Source: a virus | Length of the DNA stretch: 36,193 nt | Strand: one strand, 5' to 3' | Virus record (IMG/VR): IMGVR_UViG_3300045988_064948 | Shown: piece after piece, positions 7,215 through 15,355 of the stretch | Layout: each line of letters opens with the position of its first letter | Position numbering within the stretch: position 1 is the first letter of the stretch | Translations under genes and position numbers: made by a program | Notes under the pieces: model-generated | The model's database searches: none | Seen by the model: the letters and a program-made list of their open reading frames with translations, nothing else | Told to the model about the DNA's origin: nothing

Positions 7215-10200
7215 ATTTATTTGAAGTATTTATTAAAATCGGAGCGGACACATCCGAATCCGATAAGGCAATAAAGGACACAGGCGCAAAGACTAAAGAG
7301 CTGGGCGAAAAGGTTAAAAGCGGTTTAAAAACCGTTGCCAAAGTAGCCGCTGCCGCAACAGGCGCAATGGCGGCAGGCGTATCAAAGGTAGTCAAGGACG
7401 CGACAGCCGCTTATGCCGATTATGAGCAGCTCGTCGGCGGCGTTGAGACTCTTTTCAAGAAATCGTCTAACACCATCCTGCAATATGCGGATAACGCATA
7501 TAAAACAGCGGGACTTTCTGCCAATCAGTATATGGAGACCGTGACAAGCTTCTCGGCTTCGCTCTTGCAGTCCTTGGGCGGCGACACCGTGAAAGCATCA
7601 AAGTATGCGGATATGGCAATCACGGACATGGCGGATAACTACAACAAGCTCGGCACGGATATGTCCTTAGTCCAGTATGCCTATCAAGGCTTCGCAAAGC
7701 AGAACTTTACGATTAAATTTATCTATAGTCCGGCGGCGTGAGTAATCCGCCGTTGAGTGTGAGTGAACCCTACCAGGGGTGTGGGAGAAATCCTGCTAAC
7801 GGGAAAAATCTGTGGGCAAAAGCCTATGACAATCCCGTGCCAAGTCCTAAAATATAAATAATTTCACTTGCATAATAGGTGAAATTGTGTTATAATATTT
7901 TAGGAAAGGTCTAACGGCTATTGGTTCGTTACCAAGTACATCATCTATTGGTACGATGGTGGAAGCGCTCACCAACCTTTAACGGAGGAATTGACTATGG
8001 AAATTTGGAAGCCTATTGAAGAACTGCCCGGTTATTCTGTTAGCGATAAGGGCAGGGTAAGAAAAGACAGCAACGGTCAAATAATGGTGCTCAGTAAAAA
8101 TGGTGGTTATTGCAGAATAACAATTTCAAAGAGCATTCATCGGCTTGTTGCAAAAGCGTTTCTTGACGCTCCTGAGAACAAAGAGCAGTGCTGGGTTGAC
8201 CACATTGACGGAAACCGAGCAAACAACGATGTGAACAACTTGAGGTGGGTAACTCCTTCGGAAAATTGTTTAGCTTTTGGGTATAAAAGCCGCATCGAAA
8301 ACAAGAAGCGCAAAGTCAAGGCAACAAATATTCACGGTCAAACAATCATTTTTGAGTCCAGACAAGCGGCGGCAGAATATTTTGAATGTAGCGATTCCGA
8401 GATTGCTTACGGTCGCTTATATAAAAAAGGAAACAAAAAAGGTTGGTCTTTTGAAAAGGTTGAAGATATAGTCTAATCCCCTAATAAATATCGGGAAACC
8501 GAGGGTATAAAATGGTTAGATAACCTTAAGCTGGGTAGACAAAAAAATATGCCTTTAGCGGCATAACACCATTGCTCAGCATAAACCTCGTGAAAACGGT
8601 GAAACTCTTACCGGGCAATGCCGAAGAAAACACCGTGGTAAATTGACTGCGTAAAATACGCAAAGTCATAACACCTGAACGACTATCGAAACGACGGTGA
8701 AAACCGGAACGGAGTAGAGTACACCCAAGCGGGTGGAAGCGCGAGGGACTATTAAAATAGTCAAGAGATAGTCTGAACTGTATGGAAACATACAGCAGCC
8801 GAAAGGTGGTCACAGAGTAGCGACCTGTGGCGAACATAATGTATGGTGGCACTAAAGAGGAAATGGAGCGCCTCCTGAGAGACGCCGAAAAGCTGACAGG
8901 CAAGAAGTTTGACATTTCCAGCTATGCTGATATCGTCGAAGCAATACACGCCGTGCAAAAAGAAATGGGCATTGCTGGCACGACCGCAAAAGAAGCGGCA
9001 ACGACCATTCAAGGCTCTGTGAGTTCCGCTAAAGCGGCGGGGCATAATCTGCTAGTCGGCATTGCAGACGACAATCAGGACTTCGGCAAACTGGTCGATA
9101 ACTTTGTCGACTCCGTTGTAATTGCGGCTGGCAATATCCTGCCCCGCGTGGAGCAGTCCTTGACAGGTATCGGAAAGCTCGTCGATAAGCTTGCGCCCGT
9201 GCTTATTGCAAAGCTCCCCGATGTGGTCAACAAAGTTCTCCCTGGACTGCTTGACGCAACAGCAAATCTTTTAAACGGTGTTTTGGATGTACTTCCGACG
9301 CTGATAGACGGAATGGTTCCGCCGCTGTTGTCTGCGTTGTCCGATGTCGCGGCAAAACTGCTGGAAACTGTGCCAAAGTTCTGGGACACAACATTTAAAG
9401 CGATTTTGGCATTTATCACAAGCGACAGTCTGCCAAAACTGATAGAATCGGCAATCAATGCGGTGACTCAGACCGTTATTGCTATTGCGAACACTCTGTC
9501 AGACCCCGCAAGCCTTAACGCAATAATAGAGTCTGCACTCGACTTAGTGCTTGCGCTTGTGCATGGGTTAGTGGACGCTATCCCTCAGCTAATCGCCGCA
9601 GTCCCTCAGCTCGTCGGAGCTATCACGGCAACGATAATTACAGAGCTGCCTAACATCATGGCGGCAGCCGTTGAAATAATGGTAGCATTAATTCACGGAC
9701 TTATGGAAGCGTTGCCCGAACTGATGGCGTATGTGCCTAATGTTATTATAGCGATTACAAATGGACTGCTTAACAATCTTGGTACACTGATAAGCGGCGG
9801 CGTTCGCCTCCTGCTGGCTGTTGCACAAGGTATGATTCAGGCGATTCCTGATATGGTTGCAATGATACCACGAATTATCGCGTCGATAGTTGATGCTTTC
9901 CACTCTTACAACTGGAGCAGCATCGGCAAAAACATCGTGGCAGGAATGAAACAGGGTGTTGCGAATGCTTGGAAGAATTTTAGAGAATGGTTTAAAAACC
10001 TCTTTGGAGACCTCACAAACATTGCTAAAAAGATACTCGGCATTGCCTCGCCGTCAAAGGTGTTTAAAAAAATCGGTCAGTTTACGACCGAGGGACTGGC
10101 AATCGGTATCGAGCAGGGCGGCAAAGACGCATTTTCCGCAATCAAAGATGTCTCGCAGGGTGTTATTGACAATTACGGCGCGTCCGTATCGGCGGGATTT

Positions 10201-10359
10201 GGCGTTTCAGTCGGAACTTCTGCGTCAAAGGGAATTTCTCTAACGCTTAATATTGACACATTTAATAATTACACGCAGGAAGATATAAAGAGCCTTGCGG
10301 AAAGGCTGTCAGAAATGCTTGCAAATGCAGCAGAGAGAAAGGCGGGTGCTTATGCTTAA
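7211..10359 (+). CDS. Tape measure protein, split gene: exons 7211..7713, 8515..8536 and 8842..10359 (680 aa after splicing)
   Basis: TTG start follows a GAGGTG RBS. Joining the three exons gives ...[47 protein letters not shown]..., the conserved tape-measure motif. Exon lengths 503+22+1518 = 2043 nt are in frame. Confidence 0.85.
7868..7896 (+). promoter_or_regulatory. Promoter inside intron 1 for the homing endonuclease ORF
   Basis: TTGCAT, 17-nt spacer, TGtTATAAT (7891-7896). An 8-bp inverted repeat AATTTCAC/GTGAAATT overlaps it. Confidence 0.45.
7997..8476 (+). CDS. Intron-encoded homing endonuclease (NUMOD4 + HNH_3 with a C-terminal DNA-binding module)
   Basis: GGAGG lies 8 nt upstream of the ATG at 7997. 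Motifs are [21 protein letters not shown] (NUMOD4-like) and HRLVAKAFL...[24 protein letters not shown] (HNH_3-like). Confidence 0.85.
   Translation: MEIWKPIEELPGYSVSDKGRVRKDSNGQIMVLSKNGGYCRITISKSIHRLVAKAFLDAPENKEQCWVDHIDGNRANNDVNNLRWVTPSENCLAFGYKSRIENKKRKVKATNIHGQTIIFESRQAAAEYFECSDSEIAYGRLYKKGNKKGWSFEKVEDIV
8537..8841 (+). ncRNA. Group I intron 2 (305 nt, ORF-less)
   Basis: The 5' exon ends ...CTGGGT and the intron ends ...GAACATAATG. It has a P8-like hairpin GACTAT-TAAA-ATAGTC (8747-8762), AAGAGATAGTCTGAAC (8763-8778) and a P9-like hairpin CTGTATG-GAAA-CATACAG (8778-8795). From memory, the layout resembles T4 td-type introns. Confidence 0.75.
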
Positions 10360-11050
10360 CGATTTTTTTACTTGGAATGGCAAGAAGTCCTCAGATTTTG
10401 GCATAGTCATCAAGCACAAAGAAATATATAAAGCACCCGTCCGCGACGTTGATTTTGTCGAAGTGCCCGGAAGAGACGGAGAAGTGATTTTGGACAACGG
10501 ACGCTATAGGAATGTTGATGTTACTTATCAAGTCCGTGTCAAAAATGTCAAGTCGAAGCTGTTAGAAATAGCTAACTGGCTTTCGGCTGTTGGATATCAA
10601 AAACTGATTGACAGCGACGATTCTACGCACTACAGAATGGCAGCAAGGACTGGCTCTGTTGACTGGGATTATCTCGGAAAAGGCGAGTGGGCTGATTTAG
10701 AAATAACATTTAACTGTAAGCCTTACCGAAACCTTACCACGGGCGCAACAACTTTGACGGCGGCAGGAAGTATCACAAACCCGACGCAGTACACCGCCCT
10801 GCCGTATTTTAAAATTCACGGGAGCGGTGATATCACGCTAAAGGTAAATAACAAATCTTTTGCCTTTACATCGATATCAAGTTACATCGAATGTGATAGC
10901 AGCTTGCAGGCGGTATTTACTGGCACAAGCAGCAAGGCAAACCGCGCGAACTTTGACGATTTTCCGACTTTTAAAGCAGGCGCAAACTCTATAAGCTGGA
11001 CTGGAACGGTGACTAAGGTGGAAGTCGTCCCGCACTGGCGCGAACTATAA
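10352..11050 (+). CDS. Distal tail protein (Dit, Sipho_tail-like)
   Basis: The ATG at 10352 overlaps the tape measure stop. N-terminus [21 protein letters not shown]...VEVPGRDGEV is typical of Dit proteins. Confidence 0.75.
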   Translation: MLNDFFTWNGKKSSDFGIVIKHKEIYKAPVRDVDFVEVPGRDGEVILDNGRYRNVDVTYQVRVKNVKSKLLEIANWLSAVGYQKLIDSDDSTHYRMAARTGSVDWDYLGKGEWADLEITFNCKPYRNLTTGATTLTAAGSITNPTQYTALPYFKIHGSGDITLKVNNKSFAFTSISSYIECDSSLQAVFTGTSSKANRANFDDFPTFKAGANSISWTGTVTKVEVVPHWREL

Positions 11051-11059
11051 GGTGATAAA

Positions 11060-13153
11060 ATGACTCCAATACTCTTAAAAGCGAATGCTAAAACAAAAAT
11101 AGGCTGGCTGTCAGAATGCACCGAGTGTGAAGTGACGGAGGAGCGCAATGGGGTGTATGAGCTTGAGCTTGTATACCCCATTGGCGCAACCCATGCCAAT
11201 GATATTGTGACGGATTGCTATATTAAGGCAAAGCCGAATCAGGCAAGCGAGAATCAGCTATTCCACATTTATAAAGTCTCAAAGCCTATTAACGGCGAGT
11301 TCACGGTTTACGCGGAGCACGTCAGTTATATTCTTTCGGGCTATCCTGTGCCGACTGTTTCCGCATCTGGCAACGCGCAAGTCGCGATAAACGCTATATT
11401 GACCGCTGCAAAAAATCAAATAGGAAAAGCAACAGGATTCACAGCGGCGACAACTGATATAACGATTTCCTCGTCAATCAATCTTTCCAATGTTTCAGCC
11501 CGTGCGGCTCTCGGCGGTGTTGAGGGCTCTGTGCTTTACACCTACGGCGGCGAATACGAGTTCGACAACTACACAATCAAGCTCCATAAATCGCGCGGCA
11601 AAGACAACGGCGTGAGAATAGCCTACGGCAAAAACATGACGGAGCTCAAATGTGATGTTGATATGTCCGCGTCATATACTGGAATATTCGGCTATGTCAA
11701 AACAGACGATATCAACCTCACAAGCTCTTACAATGTCACAAACACAAGCGGTATTTCAACGCGCATACTCGTCCGTGATTTTTCTTCCGACTTTGGGGAG
11801 AACGCACCGACACAAAGTTTGCTTGACGCGACTGTTAAGAAATATGCAGAAGATAATGATATCAATTCTATCAAGGCTTCTGTAACCGTTTCTTTTGTCA
11901 ATCTTGCGCAGTCGCCCGAATATGCAAACATCGCGCCGCTTGAGACTGTAAATCTCTGCGATACCGTTAAAATCTATCACAAAGAACTCGGCGTGAATAT
12001 CAAGGCAAAAGTCATAAAAACCGTCTACGATACAATCGCCGAAAAATACACAAAAATAGAACTCGGCAGTGCTCGCGCAGATATGTCGAGCATTATCACG
12101 CAGACGGTCAAAGAAGCAACGGACGCTAAAAACATCGCTATTTCAAGCAAATCGGAAATCACAGAGGCGTATCAAAAGGCAATAGCGGACGCAACAGCGG
12201 CAATCACTGGCAACAGCGGCGGCTATATCAGACTTAATCCGTCCGAGAATCCGCAGGAGCTTTTAATAATGGATACCGCGGACGCGAACACAGCAAAAAA
12301 AATATGGCGGTGGAATCTGTCGGGGCTCGGCTATTCGTCCACGGGCTACAACGGCACATACAAAACTGCAATCACACAGGACGGTCACATCGTCGCCGAC
12401 TTTGTCGATACTGGCACTTTGACCGCTAATATCATCAAAGCCGGAATAATGCAGTCTGCAAACGGTGAGTTTTCCTTTAACCTTGAATCCGGACATATTG
12501 AGGCTTCTGACATCAACATCACTGGCGGCGATATAAACCTTGACGGCGGTCAGCTGTCAATCTTAAACAACGACGGCTACAAAGCGGACTTTTCAGGCGG
12601 AGCGGTGGAGCTTTATCAGGGCGCAGGAACTGGCACTGGAACAGGCACAAAATATTTGTCGCTTTATAACTCACTTATAGGCGGAAAATTGTATGCTACA
12701 CTTGCAAGCCCGTCATACACGCTCGGCGGTGTCCCGTCTGGCGGGTTTAGAATCGGAACGAGCGTTGACAATGTCGCGGCGCTGAGCTCATGGAACACTG
12801 ATTTTGCGCTTATCGGCAAAGACAACGCAAGATTCCGCAAAAAAATCGAGGTCAATGAGTCTTTAAATGTTGCGACGGGCGGCGACGCTATCGGATTTAT
12901 TTCTCACGCGCCGTTTGGTGCTAAAGATATAAGCGTAGAGCTTGGCGCAAAAAGCAATGCACACGGTATTTTGCAGCTTGGCAACAATACGGACGGTACT
13001 ACTCCCGCGAGAATGGAATTTTACGCGAGCGGAACAGGCGGCGCGGGAATGGCGTTGGAGCTTATCGGCTCGACCCTTAGCGGCAGAATTTTTATCGATA
13101 CTGGCGGCATTTACGCGCAGTTCGGAAGCGGCACAGCCGTAAAACTTGCATAA
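11060..13153 (+). CDS. Tail-associated lysin / baseplate hub (Tal; prophage endopeptidase tail family)
   Basis: 697 aa. N-terminus ...ECEVTEERNGVYELELVYP...LFHIYKVSKPINGEFTVYAEHVSYIL matches the phage minor structural protein N-terminal region. It follows Dit. Confidence 0.8.
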   Translation: MTPILLKANAKTKIGWLSECTECEVTEERNGVYELELVYPIGATHANDIVTDCYIKAKPNQASENQLFHIYKVSKPINGEFTVYAEHVSYILSGYPVPTVSASGNAQVAINAILTAAKNQIGKATGFTAATTDITISSSINLSNVSARAALGGVEGSVLYTYGGEYEFDNYTIKLHKSRGKDNGVRIAYGKNMTELKCDVDMSASYTGIFGYVKTDDINLTSSYNVTNTSGISTRILVRDFSSDFGENAPTQSLLDATVKKYAEDNDINSIKASVTVSFVNLAQSPEYANIAPLETVNLCDTVKIYHKELGVNIKAKVIKTVYDTIAEKYTKIELGSARADMSSIITQTVKEATDAKNIAISSKSEITEAYQKAIADATAAITGNSGGYIRLNPSENPQELLIMDTADANTAKKIWRWNLSGLGYSSTGYNGTYKTAITQDGHIVADFVDTGTLTANIIKAGIMQSANGEFSFNLESGHIEASDINITGGDINLDGGQLSILNNDGYKADFSGGAVELYQGAGTGTGTGTKYLSLYNSLIGGKLYATLASPSYTLGGVPSGGFRIGTSVDNVAALSSWNTDFALIGKDNARFRKKIEVNESLNVATGGDAIGFISHAPFGAKDISVELGAKSNAHGILQLGNNTDGTTPARMEFYASGTGGAGMALELIGSTLSGRIFIDTGGIYAQFGSGTAVKLA

Positions 13154-13156
13154 CAC

Positions 13157-13184
13157 TTGATTTTTTTGTTAAAAGTGATATAAT
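13157..13184 (+). promoter_or_regulatory. Strong sigma-A-type promoter (TTGATT, 16-nt spacer, TGaTATAAT)
   Basis: TTGATT at 13157-13162 and extended -10 TGATATAAT ending at 13184. Near-identical architecture to the promoter at 29883-29911. Confidence 0.6.
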
Positions 13185-13196
13185 ATAAATATAAAA

Positions 13197-13306
13197 TCCT
13201 GCGCCGTAAAAGCAGGACTTAAAAAAGCGGTTATCCCATACCGTAAGTTGGGACTTAAAAAAGCGGAAATCCCTTGCCGTAAGTAGGGACTTAAAAAAGC
13301 GGTTAT
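13197..13306 (+). repeat. Three tandem ~36-nt units, each a short hairpin with a CCGTAA loop followed by the linker CTTAAAAAAGCGGWWA
   Basis: Stems are TCCTGC/GCAGGA (13197-13217), TCCCA/TGGGA (13234-13253) and TCCCT/AGGGA (13270-13289), with compensatory changes. Loops are gCCGTAAaa, taCCGTAAgt and tgCCGTAAgt. Confidence 0.8.
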
Positions 13307-13320
13307 CATTGGAGGCAACA

Positions 13321-13479
13321 ATGGACTATAAAAAAAGGCTGGAAGAGCTGAAAAACACGCTGAAATATTTTGAAGCGCAGGCAAACGCCACACAGGGCGC
13401 AATACAGCTCTTGCAGGAAATCATCGCAGAGGAAGAAACCGATGACGGTAACGGAAATGGAAAATCTGGAAAAAAGACT
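13321..13479 (+). CDS. Small coiled-coil protein (52 aa), function unknown
   Basis: GGAGG lies 5 nt upstream of the ATG at 13321. Sequence is MDYKKRLEELKNTLKYFEAQANATQGAIQLLQEIIAEEETDDGNGNGKSGKKT. It overlaps the next gene in another frame. Confidence 0.4.
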
Positions 13480-13672
13480 TGACGGGCGATATGTTAAGCA
13501 ATCGACTTGCAATCAGAACCACAAAGAAATAGCGGGTAAACTGGCTAACGACGACAAGCGGATAGAAATCGGGCTTGCTAAGTTAGGCGTTGTTGAAAAG
13601 CTGATGTGGACTATTGCAACGGCGACAATCGGAACACTTATTGCAACGGTGTTCGGCATTATTTTTAAATAA
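13442..13672 (+). CDS. XhlA-like small membrane protein (coiled coil plus C-terminal TM)
   Basis: MTVTEMENLEKRLDGRYVKQSTCNQNHKEIAGKLANDDKRIEIGLAKLGVVEKLMWTIATATIGTLIATVFGIIFK. The architecture resembles PBSX XhlA. The longer 13370 start gives an implausible basic extension. Confidence 0.5.
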   Translation: MTVTEMENLEKRLDGRYVKQSTCNQNHKEIAGKLANDDKRIEIGLAKLGVVEKLMWTIATATIGTLIATVFGIIFK

Positions 13673-13687
13673 CAGGAGGACGCAAAA

Positions 13688-13951
13688 ATGGAAAAGTATT
13701 GTAATGGATGTGACACGAAAAGCATTCCGCTTGCGGCGCATGAATCAGCAATGGCAAGAGCGGAGCGGACAACGCGCAGACTGTGCGCACTGATATTAAC
13801 CTTGATACTGCTCCTTTTTGCGTCCAACCTCGCTTGGATTCTTTACGAAAACTCGTTTGAAGATGAGACGAGTCAGACCGTATGGCAAGAAGCCGATAAC
13901 GGTCAAAATAATTTTGTGGGCGGTGACATAGTTGGCGAAACAGGTAGTTAA
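13688..13951 (+). CDS. Small single-pass membrane protein, function unknown
   Basis: AGGAGG RBS. The motif HESAMARAERTTRRL is followed by the TM segment ALILTLILLLFASNLAWILY. Confidence 0.6.
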   Translation: MEKYCNGCDTKSIPLAAHESAMARAERTTRRLCALILTLILLLFASNLAWILYENSFEDETSQTVWQEADNGQNNFVGGDIVGETGS

Positions 13952-14054
13952 AACGACTAAAAAGCGCGTCAAAAAGGTTGGAGGAAACACGGGATATAAA
14001 TATTGCCCGACTTGCCACGGGAGCGGACGAGTCAAAAAGAAGTAGGTGGATAAT

Positions 14055-14834
14055 ATGTTTTTGCCTGACGATACGCCGATTATTTTTAAACTTCCTCGCG
14101 ACAAAGAATATGCGGATATATATTTTATTCACGACTTGCATTATGGCTCGGAGCTGTTCGACGCAAAGAAGTGGAATAATTTGAAAGCGCAGATAATCGC
14201 AGACCCTAACGCCTACATCTGCTGGGTAGGAGACCTTATGGAGGACGCTATCCCAAACAGCAAGTCCGACATATTTACACAGACCGCAAGCCCCGCGCAC
14301 CAAAAAGAATGGGTTACAGAACAGCTATCCGAACTCAAAGAAAAGACCATAGCCGTAGTGCCCGGCAATCATTGTCACAACCGCGCTACAAAAACTTGCG
14401 GACTTTATCCTCTGTATGACTGTTGTTTAATCGCAGGAATCGGGAAAAAATACCGCGACACAATAGCCTTTTTAAACATAGCAATCGGAGAGATTAAGCC
14501 GTCAAGCGCAAAGCAGATACATTATTTTGGGCAGCTACAACATCAGGCAAAAGATATTAAATCAGTTCATTCCGCCGACTATACGGACGGCATAGACTTC
14601 TTCGCAAGCGGGCACGACCACGAAGCAAAAGACCGACCACGCGCAAAGCTTGTTTTTGACAAGTACAACAACAAAATCACCAAAAAGAATATAGAGTGTA
14701 TCAACTGCGGCTCTTTCTTATCGTTTGGCGGCTATGGGGCAAAATCGGCGTATCGTCCGCAGTCTGACAAGCTTTATGTCCTGCGGATATCGGGCAAGAA
14801 GAAATCTATGCAAACAATAGGCTTTTATGTATGA
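14055..14834 (+). CDS. Calcineurin-like metallophosphoesterase
   Basis: Motifs DLHYGS, GDLMEDA, PGNHC and GHDHE. AGGTGG lies 5 nt upstream of the ATG at 14055; an alternative GTG start is at 14046. Confidence 0.8.
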   Translation: MFLPDDTPIIFKLPRDKEYADIYFIHDLHYGSELFDAKKWNNLKAQIIADPNAYICWVGDLMEDAIPNSKSDIFTQTASPAHQKEWVTEQLSELKEKTIAVVPGNHCHNRATKTCGLYPLYDCCLIAGIGKKYRDTIAFLNIAIGEIKPSSAKQIHYFGQLQHQAKDIKSVHSADYTDGIDFFASGHDHEAKDRPRAKLVFDKYNNKITKKNIECINCGSFLSFGGYGAKSAYRPQSDKLYVLRISGKKKSMQTIGFYV

Positions 14835-15037
14835 TTGACACAGCGAAATTATCCCGCGAAGAATGGGAAAATCTGATTTATCAGCGAATCCACAACGAAA
14901 CATACAGGAAGATTATATCACGCCGCTGGCTTGACGGCGTAAAGCAGGAGGATTTAGCGGAAGAGTTCGGCTATTCTGTCCGACAAATTCAGAATATAAT
15001 CTATAGGTGTGAAAAACTGATTATAAAATATCTGTAA
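14831..15037 (+). CDS. Small sigma-70 region-4-like HTH regulator
   Basis: 68 aa. WLDGVKQEDLAEEFGYSVRQIQNIIYRCEKL resembles a sigma region 4 / ArpU-like HTH. ATGA-coupled to the upstream gene. Confidence 0.55.
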   Translation: MIDTAKLSREEWENLIYQRIHNETYRKIISRRWLDGVKQEDLAEEFGYSVRQIQNIIYRCEKLIIKYL

Positions 15038-15062
15038 AGTGATTATAAAATATCCGTAAAGG
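15019..15062 (+). repeat. Tandem 22-bp direct repeat GATTATAAAATATCYGTAAAGK spanning the stop of the HTH gene and abutting a -35 box
   Basis: The copies at 15019-15040 and 15041-15062 differ at 2 positions. Confidence 0.85.
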
Positions 15063-15064
15063 GC

Positions 15065-15093
15065 TTGACAAATGACAAACAATGCTTTATAAT
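15065..15093 (+). promoter_or_regulatory. Sigma-A-type promoter (TTGACA, 17-nt spacer, TATAAT)
   Basis: TTGACA at 15065-15070 and TATAAT at 15088-15093. Confidence 0.6.
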
Positions 15094-15099
15094 ATCTAA

Positions 15100-15204
15100 T
15101 AGTGATTGGTTTGATTTTGGGTCACGATTACTCCTTTCTTTATTTTTTTACCCCCTTTTAAAAAGTAGCAGAGCAGCATCGAGAAATCGGTGCTGTTTTG
15201 CTTT
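15100..15204 (+). ncRNA. Candidate ~105-nt sRNA (promoter at 15065 to terminator at 15174-15204)
   Basis: No ORF with an RBS lies on the + strand. It contains the CU-rich stretch ACTCCTTTCTTTATTTTTTT and ends in an intrinsic terminator. Confidence 0.35.
15174..15204 (+). terminator. Intrinsic terminator
   Basis: Stem CAGCATCGA / TCGGTGCTG (9 bp, one G-U), GAAA loop, then TTTTGCTTT. Confidence 0.65.
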
Positions 15205-15208
15205 ATAC

Positions 15209-15236
15209 TTGACTTTTTTATAATATGTGATACAAT
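15209..15236 (+). promoter_or_regulatory. Sigma-A-type promoter (TTGACT, 16-nt spacer, TGaTACAAT)
   Basis: TTGACT at 15209-15214 and TACAAT at 15231-15236, preceded by TG. Confidence 0.5.
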
Positions 15237-15242
15237 ATATAT

Positions 15243-15296
15243 GCTTCATGCGTGTCTACAAAGGTGCTCGGCTTCGGCTGGGCGCTTTTGTTTTTT
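15243..15296 (+). ncRNA. Candidate ~55-nt sRNA ending in a UUCG-tetraloop terminator
   Basis: Promoter at 15209-15236. Hairpin AGGTGCTCGGC-TTCG-GCTGGGCGCTT (15262-15287) is followed by TTTTGTTTTTT. The same hairpin could act as a terminator for - strand transcripts. Confidence 0.35.
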
Positions 15297-15326
15297 AAAA
15301 AAGTTCAAAAATATTTTAAAAAGCTA

Positions 15327-15355
15327 TTGACAAGTGCGGCAAAACAGTATATAAT
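15327..15355 (+). promoter_or_regulatory. Sigma-A-type promoter, conserved AAAAAGCTATTGACAA...AGTATATAATATA class
   Basis: TTGACA at 15327-15332, 17-nt spacer, TATAAT at 15350-15355, with an upstream A-tract. Confidence 0.7.

Larger units (their letters stand above)
7714..8514 (+). mobile_element. Group I intron 1 (801 nt) with an internal homing endonuclease ORF
   Basis: The 5' exon ends in T and the intron ends in G. Core-like elements are ACGGGA/TCCCGT pairing (7799-7804/7833-7838), GACAATCCCGTGCCAAGTCCTAA (7828-7850) and AAGATATAGTC (8463-8473). The ORF lies between the two P7-like strands. Confidence 0.8.

Noticed and set aside
7211-10359. Tape measure gene as a disrupted pseudogene (two separate ORFs, 7211..7741 and 8827..10359)
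   Set aside because: The missing conserved residues are encoded by a 22-nt island. The three pieces join in frame at U|...G| boundaries flanked by group I intron core motifs, so a spliced functional gene is the better explanation.
12618-12650. The Gly-Thr repeat (GAGTGTGTGTK) in the Tal protein as a slipped-strand contingency tract
   Set aside because: The codons are heterogeneous (ggaactggcactggaacaggcaca), so there is no perfect nucleotide repeat able to slip. It is more likely a flexible linker.
13197-13306. The 36-nt tandem units as a mini CRISPR array
   Set aside because: There are only three contiguous units with no unique spacers between repeats and no cas genes. The units are hairpin-plus-linker modules directly behind a promoter.
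13932-14045. 37-aa ORF with a DnaJ-like CPTCHGSGRV zinc-finger motif
   Set aside because: It has only a TTG start with a weak SD and is very short. It is recorded as a possibility under the 13321-14045 finding but is not annotated as a feature.
15108-15150. Tiny - strand ORF (GTG, 9 codons) behind an AAAGGAG at 15132-15138
   Set aside because: No - strand promoter is found upstream and the peptide is too short to support. The CU-rich + strand sequence is instead considered part of a candidate sRNA.
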